Assembly: GCA_049323895.1 (NCBI GenBank) | Contig: JBMOKT010000008.1 | Span: forward strand, 250,243-314,242 | Length of the DNA: 64,000 nucleotides | Direction of reading: 5' to 3' | Source: Bacillota bacterium | GTDB lineage: Bacteria > Bacillota > Peptococcia > Peptococcales > BICA1-8 | Part shown: piece by piece, positions 1 to 9,033 of the stretch | Layout of the letters: each line of letters starts with the position of its first letter | Numbering within the stretch: the first letter of the stretch is position 1 | Made by a program: the position numbers and the translations under genes | Notes under the pieces: generated by a model | Seen by the model: the letters and a program-made list of their open reading frames with translations, nothing else | Database searches by the model: none | Told to the model about the DNA's origin: nothing

Positions 1-572
1 GGTGGCGCAGATAACCAAACCTCTGCCCCCATTCGTGTCAGACCTAGAATGTTTGACCTTGCCACCCGGCTGTGGAGTATATCGCCTACGATTACTACCT
101 TTTTGCCTGCTATCGTTCCCTTATGCTGCATAATAGTAAACATGTCCAAAAGGGCCTGGGTGGGGTGTTCATGAGTCCCGTCACCCGCATTTATGACCCT
201 GGCCTTAACCGCTTGGGCAAGAATATAATGGGAGCCGCTTGCCGGATGCCGCATAACAACCACATCAGCCCCCATGCTATCGATAGTTTTTGCAGTATCC
301 TTTAAGGCTTCTCCCTTAGTGACACTGCTGGAACTGGCGCTGATATTAATTACATCAGCCCCCATATATTTTCCGGCTAATTCAAAGGAACTGCGGGTCC
401 TAGTGCTGTTCTCATAAAAGAGATTTACCACGGCCTTCCCTCGCAAAGTAGGTACTTTTTTTATTTCCCGGCCAATAATTTCTTTCATTGCTTTAGCATT
501 GATAAATATTTCATTGATTTCCTGGCTGCTTAAATCCGAAATGCTTATTAAATCCTTGGCAGCTATACCCAT
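1..572 (-). CDS. pyrB: aspartate carbamoyltransferase catalytic chain, 5' part only (the gene continues past the window start)
   Basis: Absent from the ORF track because it is open at the window edge. Reverse translation from ATG (comp. 570-572) gives [47 protein letters not shown], which carries the STRTR and HPTQ ATCase signatures. GGAGG SD at comp. 581-585. PyrR attenuators lie upstream. Confidence 0.9.
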   Translation of the reverse strand, partial: MGIAAKDLISISDLSSQEINEIFINAKAMKEIIGREIKKVPTLRGKAVVNLFYENSTRTRSSFELAGKYMGADVINISASSSSVTKGEALKDTAKTIDSMGADVVVMRHPASGSHYILAQAVKARVINAGDGTHEHPTQALLDMFTIMQHKGTIAGKKVVIVGDILHSRVARSNILGLTRMGAEVWLSAP

Positions 573-590
573 GGGAATTACCTCCTTCAT

Positions 591-850
591 ATATAGTGGC
601 TAGTGGCTAGTAAGGGTAGGTGCTGATGACTGGTGACTGGTAGTTTGAGAGTGTGATAGTTTGAGAGTGTGATAGTAAAGAACGTTACTTATAAATGTTC
701 GAGTTTTCTAGACGTGACCATAGTGTCATTGTGTATGACATCGTAACACTGAAACAAGAATTCATAGGCGTCACAATGACATGACTATTCTTCATAAAAA
801 ATTAGCCTACACAGGTATGCCAACTATACTGTAGCTACTTCTATTTAGTT
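591..850 (+). repeat. mosaic short-tandem-word island A. Module order: (GGCTAGT)x2, (GTGACTG)x2, (AGTTTGAGAGTGTGAT)x2, GTAAAGAACGT, CGTGAC/GTGTCAT words, CTGTAGCTACT.
   Basis: Read directly: gtggctagtggctagt 596-611; gatgactggtgactggt 625-641; a 16-bp unit repeated at 642-673; gacgtgacc..gtgtcat..gacatcgt..gtcacaatgacatgac 710-790; ctgtagctact ~829-839. It fills the space between the pyrB SD and the second PyrR terminator. Confidence 0.8.
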
Positions 851-869
851 TGTCTTAAAACTGCTAATA

Positions 870-1017
870 TATAAAAAGCCGGGTCAAAAGACCCGGCAGG
901 ATGTTAATAGTTTAGGGGAGTTCAAAGTGAATTTAGTGCTAAATTGCTAGCCACTAGCCACTAAGAACTAGCCACGCTTATTTCTTCCTTGCCGACCTCA
1001 CAGGACCGTTTTAAAGG
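870..1017 (-). promoter_or_regulatory. PyrR-binding transcription attenuator, copy 2 (pyrB-proximal)
   Basis: Minus-strand RNA carries the PyrR loop GGUCCUGUGAGGUCGGCAAGG (comp. 987-1007), then the intrinsic terminator GCCGGGUC-UUUU-GACCCGGC plus a U-run (comp. 873-897). GGUCGGCAAGGA can alternatively pair with UCCUGCCGGGUC as an antiterminator. Confidence 0.8.
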
Positions 1018-1035
1018 ATATCCAATTTAAAGTTA

Positions 1036-1175
1036 TATAAAAAGCCGGGTCAAAAGACCCGGCAGGATTATCAATATAGTTTAGCAAAGCTCAATGTATT
1101 TAGGGCTAATTACTAGCCACTAAGAACCAGCCACTAACTTTTTCCTTGCCGGCCTCACGGGACCGTTTTAAAGGT
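1036..1175 (-). promoter_or_regulatory. PyrR-binding transcription attenuator, copy 1 (promoter-proximal)
   Basis: PyrR loop GGUCCCGUGAGGCCGGCAAGG (comp. 1144-1164), then an identical terminator (stems comp. 1044-1051 and 1056-1063, U-run comp. 1039-1043). This copy is about 167 bp upstream of copy 2. Confidence 0.8.
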
Positions 1176-1195
1176 TCTGCATATTTGTTTTCTCT

Positions 1196-1249
1196 ATTAT
1201 AACCTTTGGTGATATGGTTGACAAGCACATTTTTCTAGGGTAATAATAT
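1196..1249. promoter_or_regulatory. back-to-back sigma-A-like promoters for the pyr leader (minus) and the HAD gene (plus)
   Basis: Minus strand: TTGTCA (comp. 1219-1224), 17 nt, TATAAT (comp. 1196-1201). Plus strand: TTGACA 1218-1223, 17 nt, TAATAA 1241-1246. The two -35 boxes overlap in a palindrome. Confidence 0.5.
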
Positions 1250-1319
1250 TTGGGGACATACTATTCGTAGTATATATTTGGGGGCAATCTCAACCCATTA
1301 GCAAAAAAGGAGCATTGTT

Positions 1320-1955
1320 ATGAATATTAAAGGAATCTTATTTGACTTGGATGGTACATTAATCAATACCAATGATTTAATTGTGGAAACCTTTCAATAC
1401 ACCTATAAGAAAATCTTAGACTTGGATGTTTGCAGGGATGATATTACCTGCCGTTTCGGTGAACCACTTGTAGACACCTTAGCCCAATATTGTCCGGAGA
1501 AGGTTGATTTACTCCTTAAGACTTACCGGGACTACAACTTTGCTAAGCATGATGATTTAACTACTATATTCCCCGGGAGCAAAGAAACTGTTATTGAGCT
1601 TAAAAAACGGGGATACAGTTTGGCGGTAGTAACTTCTAAAAAAAATATAGGTGCACATCAGGGATTAAACCTTTTTGGACTCACCCCATACATAGACTGT
1701 TTTATAGGTTATGACGATACAACAAGCCATAAGCCCAACCCCGAGCCTGCCTTAAAAGCTTTGGAAGGACTAAGGATTGCACCCCAAGAGGCACTAATGG
1801 TAGGAGACAGTCCTTATGACATTCTTTGCGGGAAAAATGCCGGAACTTATACGGCGGTAGTTAAGTATACTGAACACTCCCTTGAGAAACTCATGGAACT
1901 GAAGCCCGATTATGTATTAAATGAATTAGGGGATTTGTTGAGTATTCTAAAATAA
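1320..1955 (+). CDS. HAD-IA family phosphatase (PpaX / phosphoglycolate-phosphatase-like)
   Basis: HAD motif I FDLDGTLINT, motif II VTSK, and motifs III/IV K..GDSPYDI. AAGGAG SD at 1307-1312. Confidence 0.75.
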   Translation: MNIKGILFDLDGTLINTNDLIVETFQYTYKKILDLDVCRDDITCRFGEPLVDTLAQYCPEKVDLLLKTYRDYNFAKHDDLTTIFPGSKETVIELKKRGYSLAVVTSKKNIGAHQGLNLFGLTPYIDCFIGYDDTTSHKPNPEPALKALEGLRIAPQEALMVGDSPYDILCGKNAGTYTAVVKYTEHSLEKLMELKPDYVLNELGDLLSILK

Positions 1956-1983
1956 TAGGTTGGTATAAATTCAGCCCTCGAAT

Positions 1984-3084
1984 TCAGCCCAGTCTATCCT
2001 TAATTAAAGTATTAAGTATTTCCACTCCATGGTTAAGGGCTTCAAGATTAAAGCTCATATCCTGGTGGTGCAGTCCAGGTTCCAGATCAGCTCCCAAACC
2101 GATATAGGCAGTCTTTATTTTCCCTTGTCGGGCATAGAAATGAAAATCCTCGCCACCGGGAGTTAATACAGGTCCCAGAGATTTGCCCAATACCTGTTGA
2201 ATAGCTTTTTGTGCATTTTCTACTAGCTCATGATGGTAATCAGCACCGGGGACTCCTCCCAAGATTTCTACCTCGGCCTCTGCACCTATGCTAGCCGCAC
2301 CATTTTGGACGGCATTTACGGTCTTTTCAATCAGAAGTTCCATAAGCTGGTTGCTTTGGGCCCTTAAATCAAAGACCAAGTGGGCAGTATCGGGAATTAT
2401 ATTAAATGCCTCCCCTCCCGCTGCCAGCTTTGTAGTTTTTATTGAGTGAGGGACTACGGGATTAACCCTAATGGCATTGATAGCGTGTACTATGTTTGCG
2501 GCAGCATCAATTACGTTTATCCCCAAATGGGGACGGGCTCCATGGGCTGCTTTCCCCTTTATTTGTGCCTTTATTACATAAGCAGAACCATGGCATAAGG
2601 CAGGGGTTGCCTCCCCCAGCTTAGCCTCCTGGATAGGGCGCAAATGTATGCCATACATTTCCTCTACATCATCTACAAAACCACTGTTCAGTATTAATTT
2701 AGCCCCCTGGAGAGTTTCCTCAGCAGGTTGAAAAACAATTTTTAAGCTCCCCCTGCCGATTCCTCTTTGAGCAGCTTCCAAAGCTGCCATTAAGACCATG
2801 GTACAGTTTGCATCATGACCACAGGCATGTATAACTTTAAGGTTCCCGTCAATTGTGAAGGGAAGAGCATCCATATCAGCCCGCAAGGCAACTACCGGTC
2901 CCGGCTCCTCCCCTTTAAAAACTCCTACAACTCCTGTGGAGTTGCCTGCATTCCTATACACCTTGAAACCCTTCTCTTCCAACGATTGAGCCAAATAGTT
3001 AGCAGTTTCCTTTTCCTCCATACCTAACTCAGGCATGGAATGGAGTTTCTCATATACTTTAATTATTTCCTCCAACCCTATCAC
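1984..3084 (-). CDS. M20-family amidohydrolase / aminoacylase
   Basis: 366 aa with the HACGHD metal-binding block and the QPAEE catalytic block typical of M20D amidohydrolases. Confidence 0.7.
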   Translation of the reverse strand: MIGLEEIIKVYEKLHSMPELGMEEKETANYLAQSLEEKGFKVYRNAGNSTGVVGVFKGEEPGPVVALRADMDALPFTIDGNLKVIHACGHDANCTMVLMAALEAAQRGIGRGSLKIVFQPAEETLQGAKLILNSGFVDDVEEMYGIHLRPIQEAKLGEATPALCHGSAYVIKAQIKGKAAHGARPHLGINVIDAAANIVHAINAIRVNPVVPHSIKTTKLAAGGEAFNIIPDTAHLVFDLRAQSNQLMELLIEKTVNAVQNGAASIGAEAEVEILGGVPGADYHHELVENAQKAIQQVLGKSLGPVLTPGGEDFHFYARQGKIKTAYIGLGADLEPGLHHQDMSFNLEALNHGVEILNTLIKDRLG

Positions 3085-3145
3085 CTGTTTCTAAAATATA
3101 CTTGTATAAGTATAACAACAAATAAAAATATAGTTCAACCCTTTT

Positions 3146-4759
3146 TTATAAGGTAGTATGGGGTGGAATAGGAGCGGAAACTTTAACATCTATAAGGGAA
3201 GGCTTATTGGAAGCAAAAGCCTCTTTTAAAACATTATCCAGTTGGACTGCTTCAGTTACTTGATAGCCTTCCCAACCACAGCCTTGGGCAACTAATTTAA
3301 AATCGGGGTTATAAAGATTTGTACCGGTTTGACTGATACCGGCAACAATCATTCTGTTTCTTTCCATGGAAAGGGAACTGTTATTAAAGACGACTGTCTT
3401 AACATTAATTCCCCGTTCCACGGCTGTCACCATTTCACCCATGGACATGGTCAAGCCCCCGTCACCTACCAGTGCAATAACCTGGCGCTCAGGAAACTCC
3501 AGCTTAGCAGCCAAAGCAGCCGGCAGCCCAAAGCCCATACTCCTCCATGAACCCGAAATCAAAGGAATTTGCTGCTGACCTTGAAAAACCTTATCAAACC
3601 ATAACACATGCTCGCCAACATCAAGGGCAATTACTGCATCTGCAGCCGCGTTTCCTTCAACAGAAGAAACAAGCCTCTGGGGTAGAATGGGGTTAACATC
3701 TGAATTAACCTCTTGCTCCAGATCATTAATCCATTTTTCCCGAACTGTTTTAACTTTTTCTACCCACCTGCGATTCGGCTTTCCTTCAAACATATCACGA
3801 AGAATAGATAATGACTTTTCAATACAACCCTCTATACCAACACTGATTTTATCTTGAAGCCCTAAATTCTCTAATATGCCATCCAATTGTATAATGGAAA
3901 TCTTCTTTGGTACAAACCTTTCAGGCCACCAGGTTGAACCAATGGTCAACAGACAGTCGGCTTCTTCTAGTAACATAGATGCGCCATTGCTTCCAGCTAA
4001 TCCTAGACCGCCCACCAAATAATTAAAATCCCTGGAAATAATCCCTTTAGCCGGCAAAGAGTAGGTTATGGCAGCACCTAATTGTTCTGACCATTTTTCT
4101 ATCATTTGTCCTTTGCCCCGGGCTCCCCTGCCTATTAAAAACATAGGTTTTTTCGCCTGCCGTAAAAGCTGAACCGCCCTTTGCAAGCCCTGTTCATCAG
4201 GCATTTTGTGTGCGGCAAAAATGGAATCTTGAGGACGGGGCTCCTGGGTACAGGGCTTAGTAAAAATATCCTTTGGCACTGCTATGTGAGAGACAGTACC
4301 TTGAACCATGGAGGTTTGCAAAGCCCTATAAATTAACTCCACCGTAGGTTGGGGATCGGTCAAAAGGGCTGAATACTTAGCTAATGGCTGGATTAATATC
4401 TTTTCATCTATATATTGTTTATAACCTGTTCCAATGTATTTTGTCGGTACTTGGCCCGTAATGGCAATTACAGGAACTTTGTCAGAATAGGCATCTCCTA
4501 GACCGTTAATTAAATTAGCGGTTCCGGGACCTGAGGTCGCTGTACATACAGCAACCCTCCCTGTTAGCTTTGCTTCAGCTGATGCCATAAAGGCCGCAGC
4601 ACTTTCGTGCCTTGCTTGTACATATTCTATTTGGGGATGCCTGTTAATAGCGTCTAAAAATGTTAAAATGGCATCACCAGCATAACCGTAAATTCTTTTC
4701 ACCCCCCACGAAGCTAACTGGTCTAAAATTGCATCGGCTACTGTTCTTTTAACTGGCAT
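3146..4759 (-). CDS. thiamine-pyrophosphate-dependent enzyme (acetolactate synthase / pyruvate oxidase superfamily)
   Basis: 537 aa. N-terminal TPP-pyrimidine domain (ILDQLASWGVKRIYGYAGDAIL) and the C-terminal GDGG..(24)..NN TPP-binding motif (LVGDGGLTMSMGEM...VVFNNSS). Confidence 0.75.
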   Translation of the reverse strand: MPVKRTVADAILDQLASWGVKRIYGYAGDAILTFLDAINRHPQIEYVQARHESAAAFMASAEAKLTGRVAVCTATSGPGTANLINGLGDAYSDKVPVIAITGQVPTKYIGTGYKQYIDEKILIQPLAKYSALLTDPQPTVELIYRALQTSMVQGTVSHIAVPKDIFTKPCTQEPRPQDSIFAAHKMPDEQGLQRAVQLLRQAKKPMFLIGRGARGKGQMIEKWSEQLGAAITYSLPAKGIISRDFNYLVGGLGLAGSNGASMLLEEADCLLTIGSTWWPERFVPKKISIIQLDGILENLGLQDKISVGIEGCIEKSLSILRDMFEGKPNRRWVEKVKTVREKWINDLEQEVNSDVNPILPQRLVSSVEGNAAADAVIALDVGEHVLWFDKVFQGQQQIPLISGSWRSMGFGLPAALAAKLEFPERQVIALVGDGGLTMSMGEMVTAVERGINVKTVVFNNSSLSMERNRMIVAGISQTGTNLYNPDFKLVAQGCGWEGYQVTEAVQLDNVLKEAFASNKPSLIDVKVSAPIPPHTTL

Positions 4760-4820
4760 GTTTAACCCTCCTTTTTATAGCTATAGATTTAGAAAAAAAA
4801 TAAGTAATTATACACTTCAA

Positions 4821-4853
4821 TAATTAAAGGTGCGGCATGGAAACCGCACCCTA
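4821..4853 (-). terminator. probable intrinsic terminator after ATPase paralogue 1
   Basis: Minus strand GGGTGCGG-TTTCCAT-GCCGCACC followed by TTTAATTATT. Confidence 0.5.
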
Positions 4854-4939
4854 CATATTGGCTAATGGTCAATAGCTTGATAGCAATGAAAAACCTTAAT
4901 CTAGCGTCAGCGAAATCTTTAATGTCTATTAAATAATCT

Positions 4940-5018
4940 TGCAGCGGCAAAATCTTTAGTCCGAGATCGCTTCGTGCCTCTATGACAATTTCATTGTAAC
5001 ACTCGCCCACTATCTTAT
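4940..5018 (-). repeat. mosaic-vocabulary island Y. It starts at the ATPase TAG stop and shares a 37-38 nt block with 33430-33467.
   Basis: Minus strand reads TAG-ATAAGATAGTGGGCGAGTG..AATGAAATTGTCATAGAGGCACGAAGCGATCTCGGAC. The block at 4959-4995 is the reverse complement of 33430-33467, apart from a CG/A difference (one indel, one substitution) and a C/G substitution. Confidence 0.6.
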
Positions 5019-7736
5019 CTATCTTGCATCCTGCAAGTTTCCTGTACCAAAGAAGCTCTTCCTCGCAAACTTAACTATTTCAGCTACCAGTAGTGGGGTT
5101 AAGCTTAAGCCTAAAGCCACAGCTAAATCGTTAGTTTGCAGTGCCGATGTTTCAAATACCCCTCTTAGAAATGGGATATAAATAACGGCAAGCTGGGCTA
5201 AGGCCGAAAAGAAGAAGGCAACTACTAAAGCACGATTGGTAGTGATGCCTGTTTCAAATATTGAATCTTCGAGGCTGCGTACATTGAAGGAATGTACCAG
5301 CTGGGAAAATGCCATAGTTACAAAGGCCATGGTATGTGCTTCTTCAATAGTTCTTCCCCACTCTAAGGCCAGCCAGTAACTTGTCAGAGAAATAAAACCT
5401 ATGGTTACACCTAGAATAAGAATATCCGTTCCAACTCCACCTGCAAATACTCCTTCCTGGGGATCTCTCGGCTTTTTACCCATTACACCTTTTTCAGGTG
5501 GTTCGAGACCCAGGGCCAGCGCAGGAGGTCCATCAGTTACCAGGTTCATCCACAATATCTGGATGGGAGTTAAAGGACTGCCCAGACCCAGAAGGATGGC
5601 AGTAAAAATTGCAACAATCTCCCCTGTGTTACATGATAAGAGATACTGGATTGACTTGCGGATATTTGCATAGATAGTTCTGCCTTCCTCAACTGCATTA
5701 ACTATGGTAGCAAAATTATCATCCAAAAGAACCATGTCAGAGGCTTCTTTGGAAACCTCGGTTCCCGTTATACCCATGGCTGAACCAATATCTGCCCGTT
5801 TTAGAGCAGGGGCATCATTAACACCGTCACCTGTCATGGCAACAACATGACCGTGGGCCTTTAATGCATCAACAATGCGAAGTTTGTGCTCGGGCGATAC
5901 CCTGGCGTAGACTGTGGTTTTTAGAACATGGTCTTTTAGTTCATCCTGGCTCATCTTTTCCAGTTGGATACCGGTTAAGATACCGTCACCCTTACGCCAA
6001 ATATCGAGTTCTCTGGCAATCGCCAGGGCCGTATCCTGATGGTCACCGGTTATCATTACAGTTTTAATTCCCGCTTTACGGGCGATAGCTACAGCGTCCT
6101 TTACCTCATCACGTGCGGGGTCAATAATTGCATAAAAGCCAATAAATGTAAGATCATTCTCCACATTTTCCGAGGTTAGTTCTCCAGGAACCTGCTTCCA
6201 TTTACGCATAGCCAGGGCTAAAACCCTTTGCCCCTGGGAAGCCAGCTTGGAGTTCACTTCTAAGACCTTATCATATATATCCTTACTCAGAGGAGAGATG
6301 CCTTGTGGAGTAACAAGTTCCTTGCAACGGGCTAAAAGTATATCGGGAGCACCTTTGGTAAAAGAAACTATCTCCTTATCCATGTTATGAAAGGTAGTCA
6401 TCATCTTCCGGGCTGAATCAAAAGGTATTTCTTCGATACGGCTGTACTTTTTATCTACTTCCTCCTTGGTCAGTCCCGCCTTAGCTGCTGCAACTACCAA
6501 GGCACCTTCTGTGGGATCACCTATAATCTGATAACCTTTGTCTGTCTTATCAATACGGGCATCACTATTTAAAGCACCGCCTAATAACATCAACTTCAAA
6601 TTTGCATCATCTAAGGGATTAATTTTGCCGCCCTTTTCCCTGGAAAATTCTCCTTCCGGTTGATATCCCGTTCCAGAAATTTTTAAGAAATCACCATTTG
6701 TATAAATATTGGTAACTGTCATTTCATTTTTAGTTAATGTACCTGTTTTATCAGAACAAATGTAGGTAGCCACACCCAGAGTTTCTACCGCCGGCAGTTT
6801 TCTGATGATGGCATTACGCCTGCTCATTCTTGTAACCCCTAGTGCCAGTACAATGGTTACTACCGAGGGAAGACCCTCAGGAATTGCAGCAACTGCCAAA
6901 GCAATAGCAGTCATAAACATTTCTAAAACATCTTCTCCACGTAAAAGTCCAGTTATAAATACAACGGCAACAATCACACCGGCGGCCATTCCTAATATTT
7001 TGCCGAGTTTAGCAAGTTGCTGCTGTAAAGGGGTAGGTTCCGGCGGTGTCTCCTGAAGCATCTGGGCGATACGGCCTAATTCGGTTTTCATACCTGTCTC
7101 AACAACAATAGCTTTACCCCTGCCACCCGTGACTGTAGTACCTCTGAAAATCATATTCTTTCTGTCTCCTACGGGAACCTCATCGGCTTTAATTGCTTTA
7201 AGGTCCTTTTCGGACGGAACAGATTCACCTGTAAGAGCTGCTTCGTTTACCCTTAAAGAAGCGGATTCTATAAGCCGAGCATCTGCCGGTATAGCATCAC
7301 CGGTGTCAAGTAAGATTACATCACCCGGTACTAAATTATCTACTTCAAGCTGTGATACCTTGCCGTTACGCAAAACTTTGACTGCGGCCTTTGTCATTTC
7401 TTTTAAAGCCTTGAGGGCTTGTTCTGCCTTGTTCTCCTGGAATACACCCAAGGCTGCGTTTAAAATAACAATAATCAAAATTACTATAGTATCTTCCCAT
7501 TCACCTAATGCCCCGGAAATTATAGCTGCACCAATTAGTATCAAAACCAGTACTTCCTTTAATTGCTCAATGAACATGGAGATTAAGCTCCTGGGCGGCG
7601 GCTCTTTGAGAGCATTAGGTCCATAAGTATTAAGGCGGTCTTCCACCTCTTTGGAAGTCAGCCCCTGCTGGGCATCAGTTGATAAATCCTCAACTACCTG
7701 TGGGCCCTCCATGGAATACCATCTTTTATCAGACAA
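5019..7736 (-). CDS. P2-type (SERCA/PMR1-like) cation-transporting P-type ATPase, paralogue 1; probably a Mn2+/Ca2+ exporter
   Basis: 905 aa with TGES, CSDKTGTLT, TGDGVNDAPAL, the TM4 AIPEGLP and the TM6 NLVTDGPPALAL. TTG start with AAAGGAGG SD. A yybP-ykoY riboswitch lies in the leader. Confidence 0.9.
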   Translation of the reverse strand: MSDKRWYSMEGPQVVEDLSTDAQQGLTSKEVEDRLNTYGPNALKEPPPRSLISMFIEQLKEVLVLILIGAAIISGALGEWEDTIVILIIVILNAALGVFQENKAEQALKALKEMTKAAVKVLRNGKVSQLEVDNLVPGDVILLDTGDAIPADARLIESASLRVNEAALTGESVPSEKDLKAIKADEVPVGDRKNMIFRGTTVTGGRGKAIVVETGMKTELGRIAQMLQETPPEPTPLQQQLAKLGKILGMAAGVIVAVVFITGLLRGEDVLEMFMTAIALAVAAIPEGLPSVVTIVLALGVTRMSRRNAIIRKLPAVETLGVATYICSDKTGTLTKNEMTVTNIYTNGDFLKISGTGYQPEGEFSREKGGKINPLDDANLKLMLLGGALNSDARIDKTDKGYQIIGDPTEGALVVAAAKAGLTKEEVDKKYSRIEEIPFDSARKMMTTFHNMDKEIVSFTKGAPDILLARCKELVTPQGISPLSKDIYDKVLEVNSKLASQGQRVLALAMRKWKQVPGELTSENVENDLTFIGFYAIIDPARDEVKDAVAIARKAGIKTVMITGDHQDTALAIARELDIWRKGDGILTGIQLEKMSQDELKDHVLKTTVYARVSPEHKLRIVDALKAHGHVVAMTGDGVNDAPALKRADIGSAMGITGTEVSKEASDMVLLDDNFATIVNAVEEGRTIYANIRKSIQYLLSCNTGEIVAIFTAILLGLGSPLTPIQILWMNLVTDGPPALALGLEPPEKGVMGKKPRDPQEGVFAGGVGTDILILGVTIGFISLTSYWLALEWGRTIEEAHTMAFVTMAFSQLVHSFNVRSLEDSIFETGITTNRALVVAFFFSALAQLAVIYIPFLRGVFETSALQTNDLAVALGLSLTPLLVAEIVKFARKSFFGTGNLQDAR

Positions 7737-7889
7737 TAGTACTACCTCCTTTATAACCTGATAATATAGTTTTCAACAAATAATCCATAACCATACCTAA
7801 TCCTCCCCATAATTTTGTGGTTATCAGGCTTTCTTATTCATTTACCCAACCTAATTATTTAGTAAAAACTTTGTAAAAAATTAAATCCT

Positions 7890-8012
7890 AAAAAATAAAG
7901 ACCTTTACCAATATTGGTAAAGGTCTCGCAAGCAACAGTTACGTTGACAATAAAGCCGGGGCTTAAAAACCCGTTCTGACGACTTTACTGTAGAAGCTAC
8001 TCCCCTTTAACA
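7890..8012 (-). promoter_or_regulatory. yybP-ykoY (Mn2+) riboswitch with expression-platform terminator
   Basis: Minus strand: AAAGGGGAGUAGC..AAAGUCGUCA..CCGGCUUUAUUGUCAACGU..UUGCGAGACCUUUACC (aptamer comp. 7916-8012). This matches the conserved cores of the family as I recall the L. lactis yoaB element. The 3' P1 strand is also the 5' arm of the terminator AGACCUUUACC-AAUAUU-GGUAAAGGUCU plus a U-run (comp. 7890-7926). Confidence 0.9.
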
Positions 8013-8131
8013 TATTACATTATTTTACATCTATATTTTACATTAAACATTTGAAACAAGCAAGGCAGTTTTTTAAAAACTGTTCAAGGAACTTTATTAA
8101 TATACCTTTCGTCTATTATTAAATATACTAA

Positions 8132-8914
8132 ATGTGCAATAAAATTAAGGAGTTGTTTGCATTGGAAAGAATTAGTCTCGGCTTTAAGGTTTTACAGGAA
8201 AATCTCTGGTTATGGTTTGTGGCCTTAGGTTTAAATTTATTGGTTTTTTTCGTGGGGATAATAACCAAAACCCTTAAGCTAGTACCCCCTGGCATACATT
8301 TAAAACTTGGCATGCCTAATGGAATTCCTGAAATGTCTAATATTCTTCAGCAGCCCCAAACCCATGGGATCAATATTGACCTTAGTCCTGCCTTTATAGT
8401 ATTTATACTGGTGGCTCCCTATTTAGCAGGAGGTTTTATTTCCAGTATATTTAATATCCTCAAAGGTTATGAAATTTCTAAAGAAACCTTTATGAGCGAT
8501 TGTAAATACTTTTATCTGAGGATGCTGGCGGTTAACATCTTAACTTTACTATTGCTTCTGGCAGCATTTTTACCAGCACTAATATTTCCTCCTTTAATAA
8601 TTGTCTCCATAATTTTTGTAATGTTTTACACATATTTTTGGCAGCTTGCTCTAATCAGAGACGATTTGGAAATAGGTGAAGCGCTTTATAAGGGGAAAAG
8701 TCTCTTTAAAGATAACCTGTCAAATGTATTAGGATTATTAATACAGATCGCTGTTCTATCTGCTATAGTAAGTATTCCTTTAAATATCCTGGGACAGAAT
8801 GTAATGGGCTATTTATTTTCAATCCTAATATGGACTTATCTAGGTTCCATATTTGTTATTGCTGTTATCAGTCTGTTTAAAGATCTGGAAGAAAAACCAG
8901 GTATTTTGGATTAA
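8132..8914 (+). CDS. hypothetical polytopic membrane protein
   Basis: 260-aa ORF with several hydrophobic helices and no motif I recognise. A TTG at 8162 preceded by AAGGAG may be the true start. Confidence 0.5.
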   Translation: MCNKIKELFALERISLGFKVLQENLWLWFVALGLNLLVFFVGIITKTLKLVPPGIHLKLGMPNGIPEMSNILQQPQTHGINIDLSPAFIVFILVAPYLAGGFISSIFNILKGYEISKETFMSDCKYFYLRMLAVNILTLLLLLAAFLPALIFPPLIIVSIIFVMFYTYFWQLALIRDDLEIGEALYKGKSLFKDNLSNVLGLLIQIAVLSAIVSIPLNILGQNVMGYLFSILIWTYLGSIFVIAVISLFKDLEEKPGILD

Positions 8915-9033
8915 GTCAGGGAAAGAGTATTTTCAATAGGGAGAATTTCCTTATTTTTGTACTGGATTCACACCGTTTGCATGGATTAAAATTGACAAGT
9001 GGCATCTTACTCTTTTTCATCAGGAGGTCAAAT

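Noticed and set aside
72-305. Plus-strand ORF of 77 aa
   Set aside because: It lies antisense inside pyrB, whose reverse translation carries the ATCase STRTR and HPTQ signatures.
4789-5010. Small ORFs inside repeat islands or RNA leaders (4789..5010, 22047..22247, 33416..33622, 35495..35686, 37619..38017, 51776..51994)
   Set aside because: They run through terminator hairpins, tandem-word arrays or the T-box leader, and they lack SD sequences. The shared EARSDL peptide of two of them is explained by the shared DNA block.
7129-7626. Internal antisense ORFs inside long genes (for example 7129..7626, 6805..7056, 16991..17485, 19074..19520, 32270..32689, 32766..33230, 41830..42240, 49343..49765, 59528..59884, 60038..60409)
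   Set aside because: All lie opposite well-supported genes. They have no SD sequences and show the S/P/A/T-rich composition typical of reverse-frame translation.
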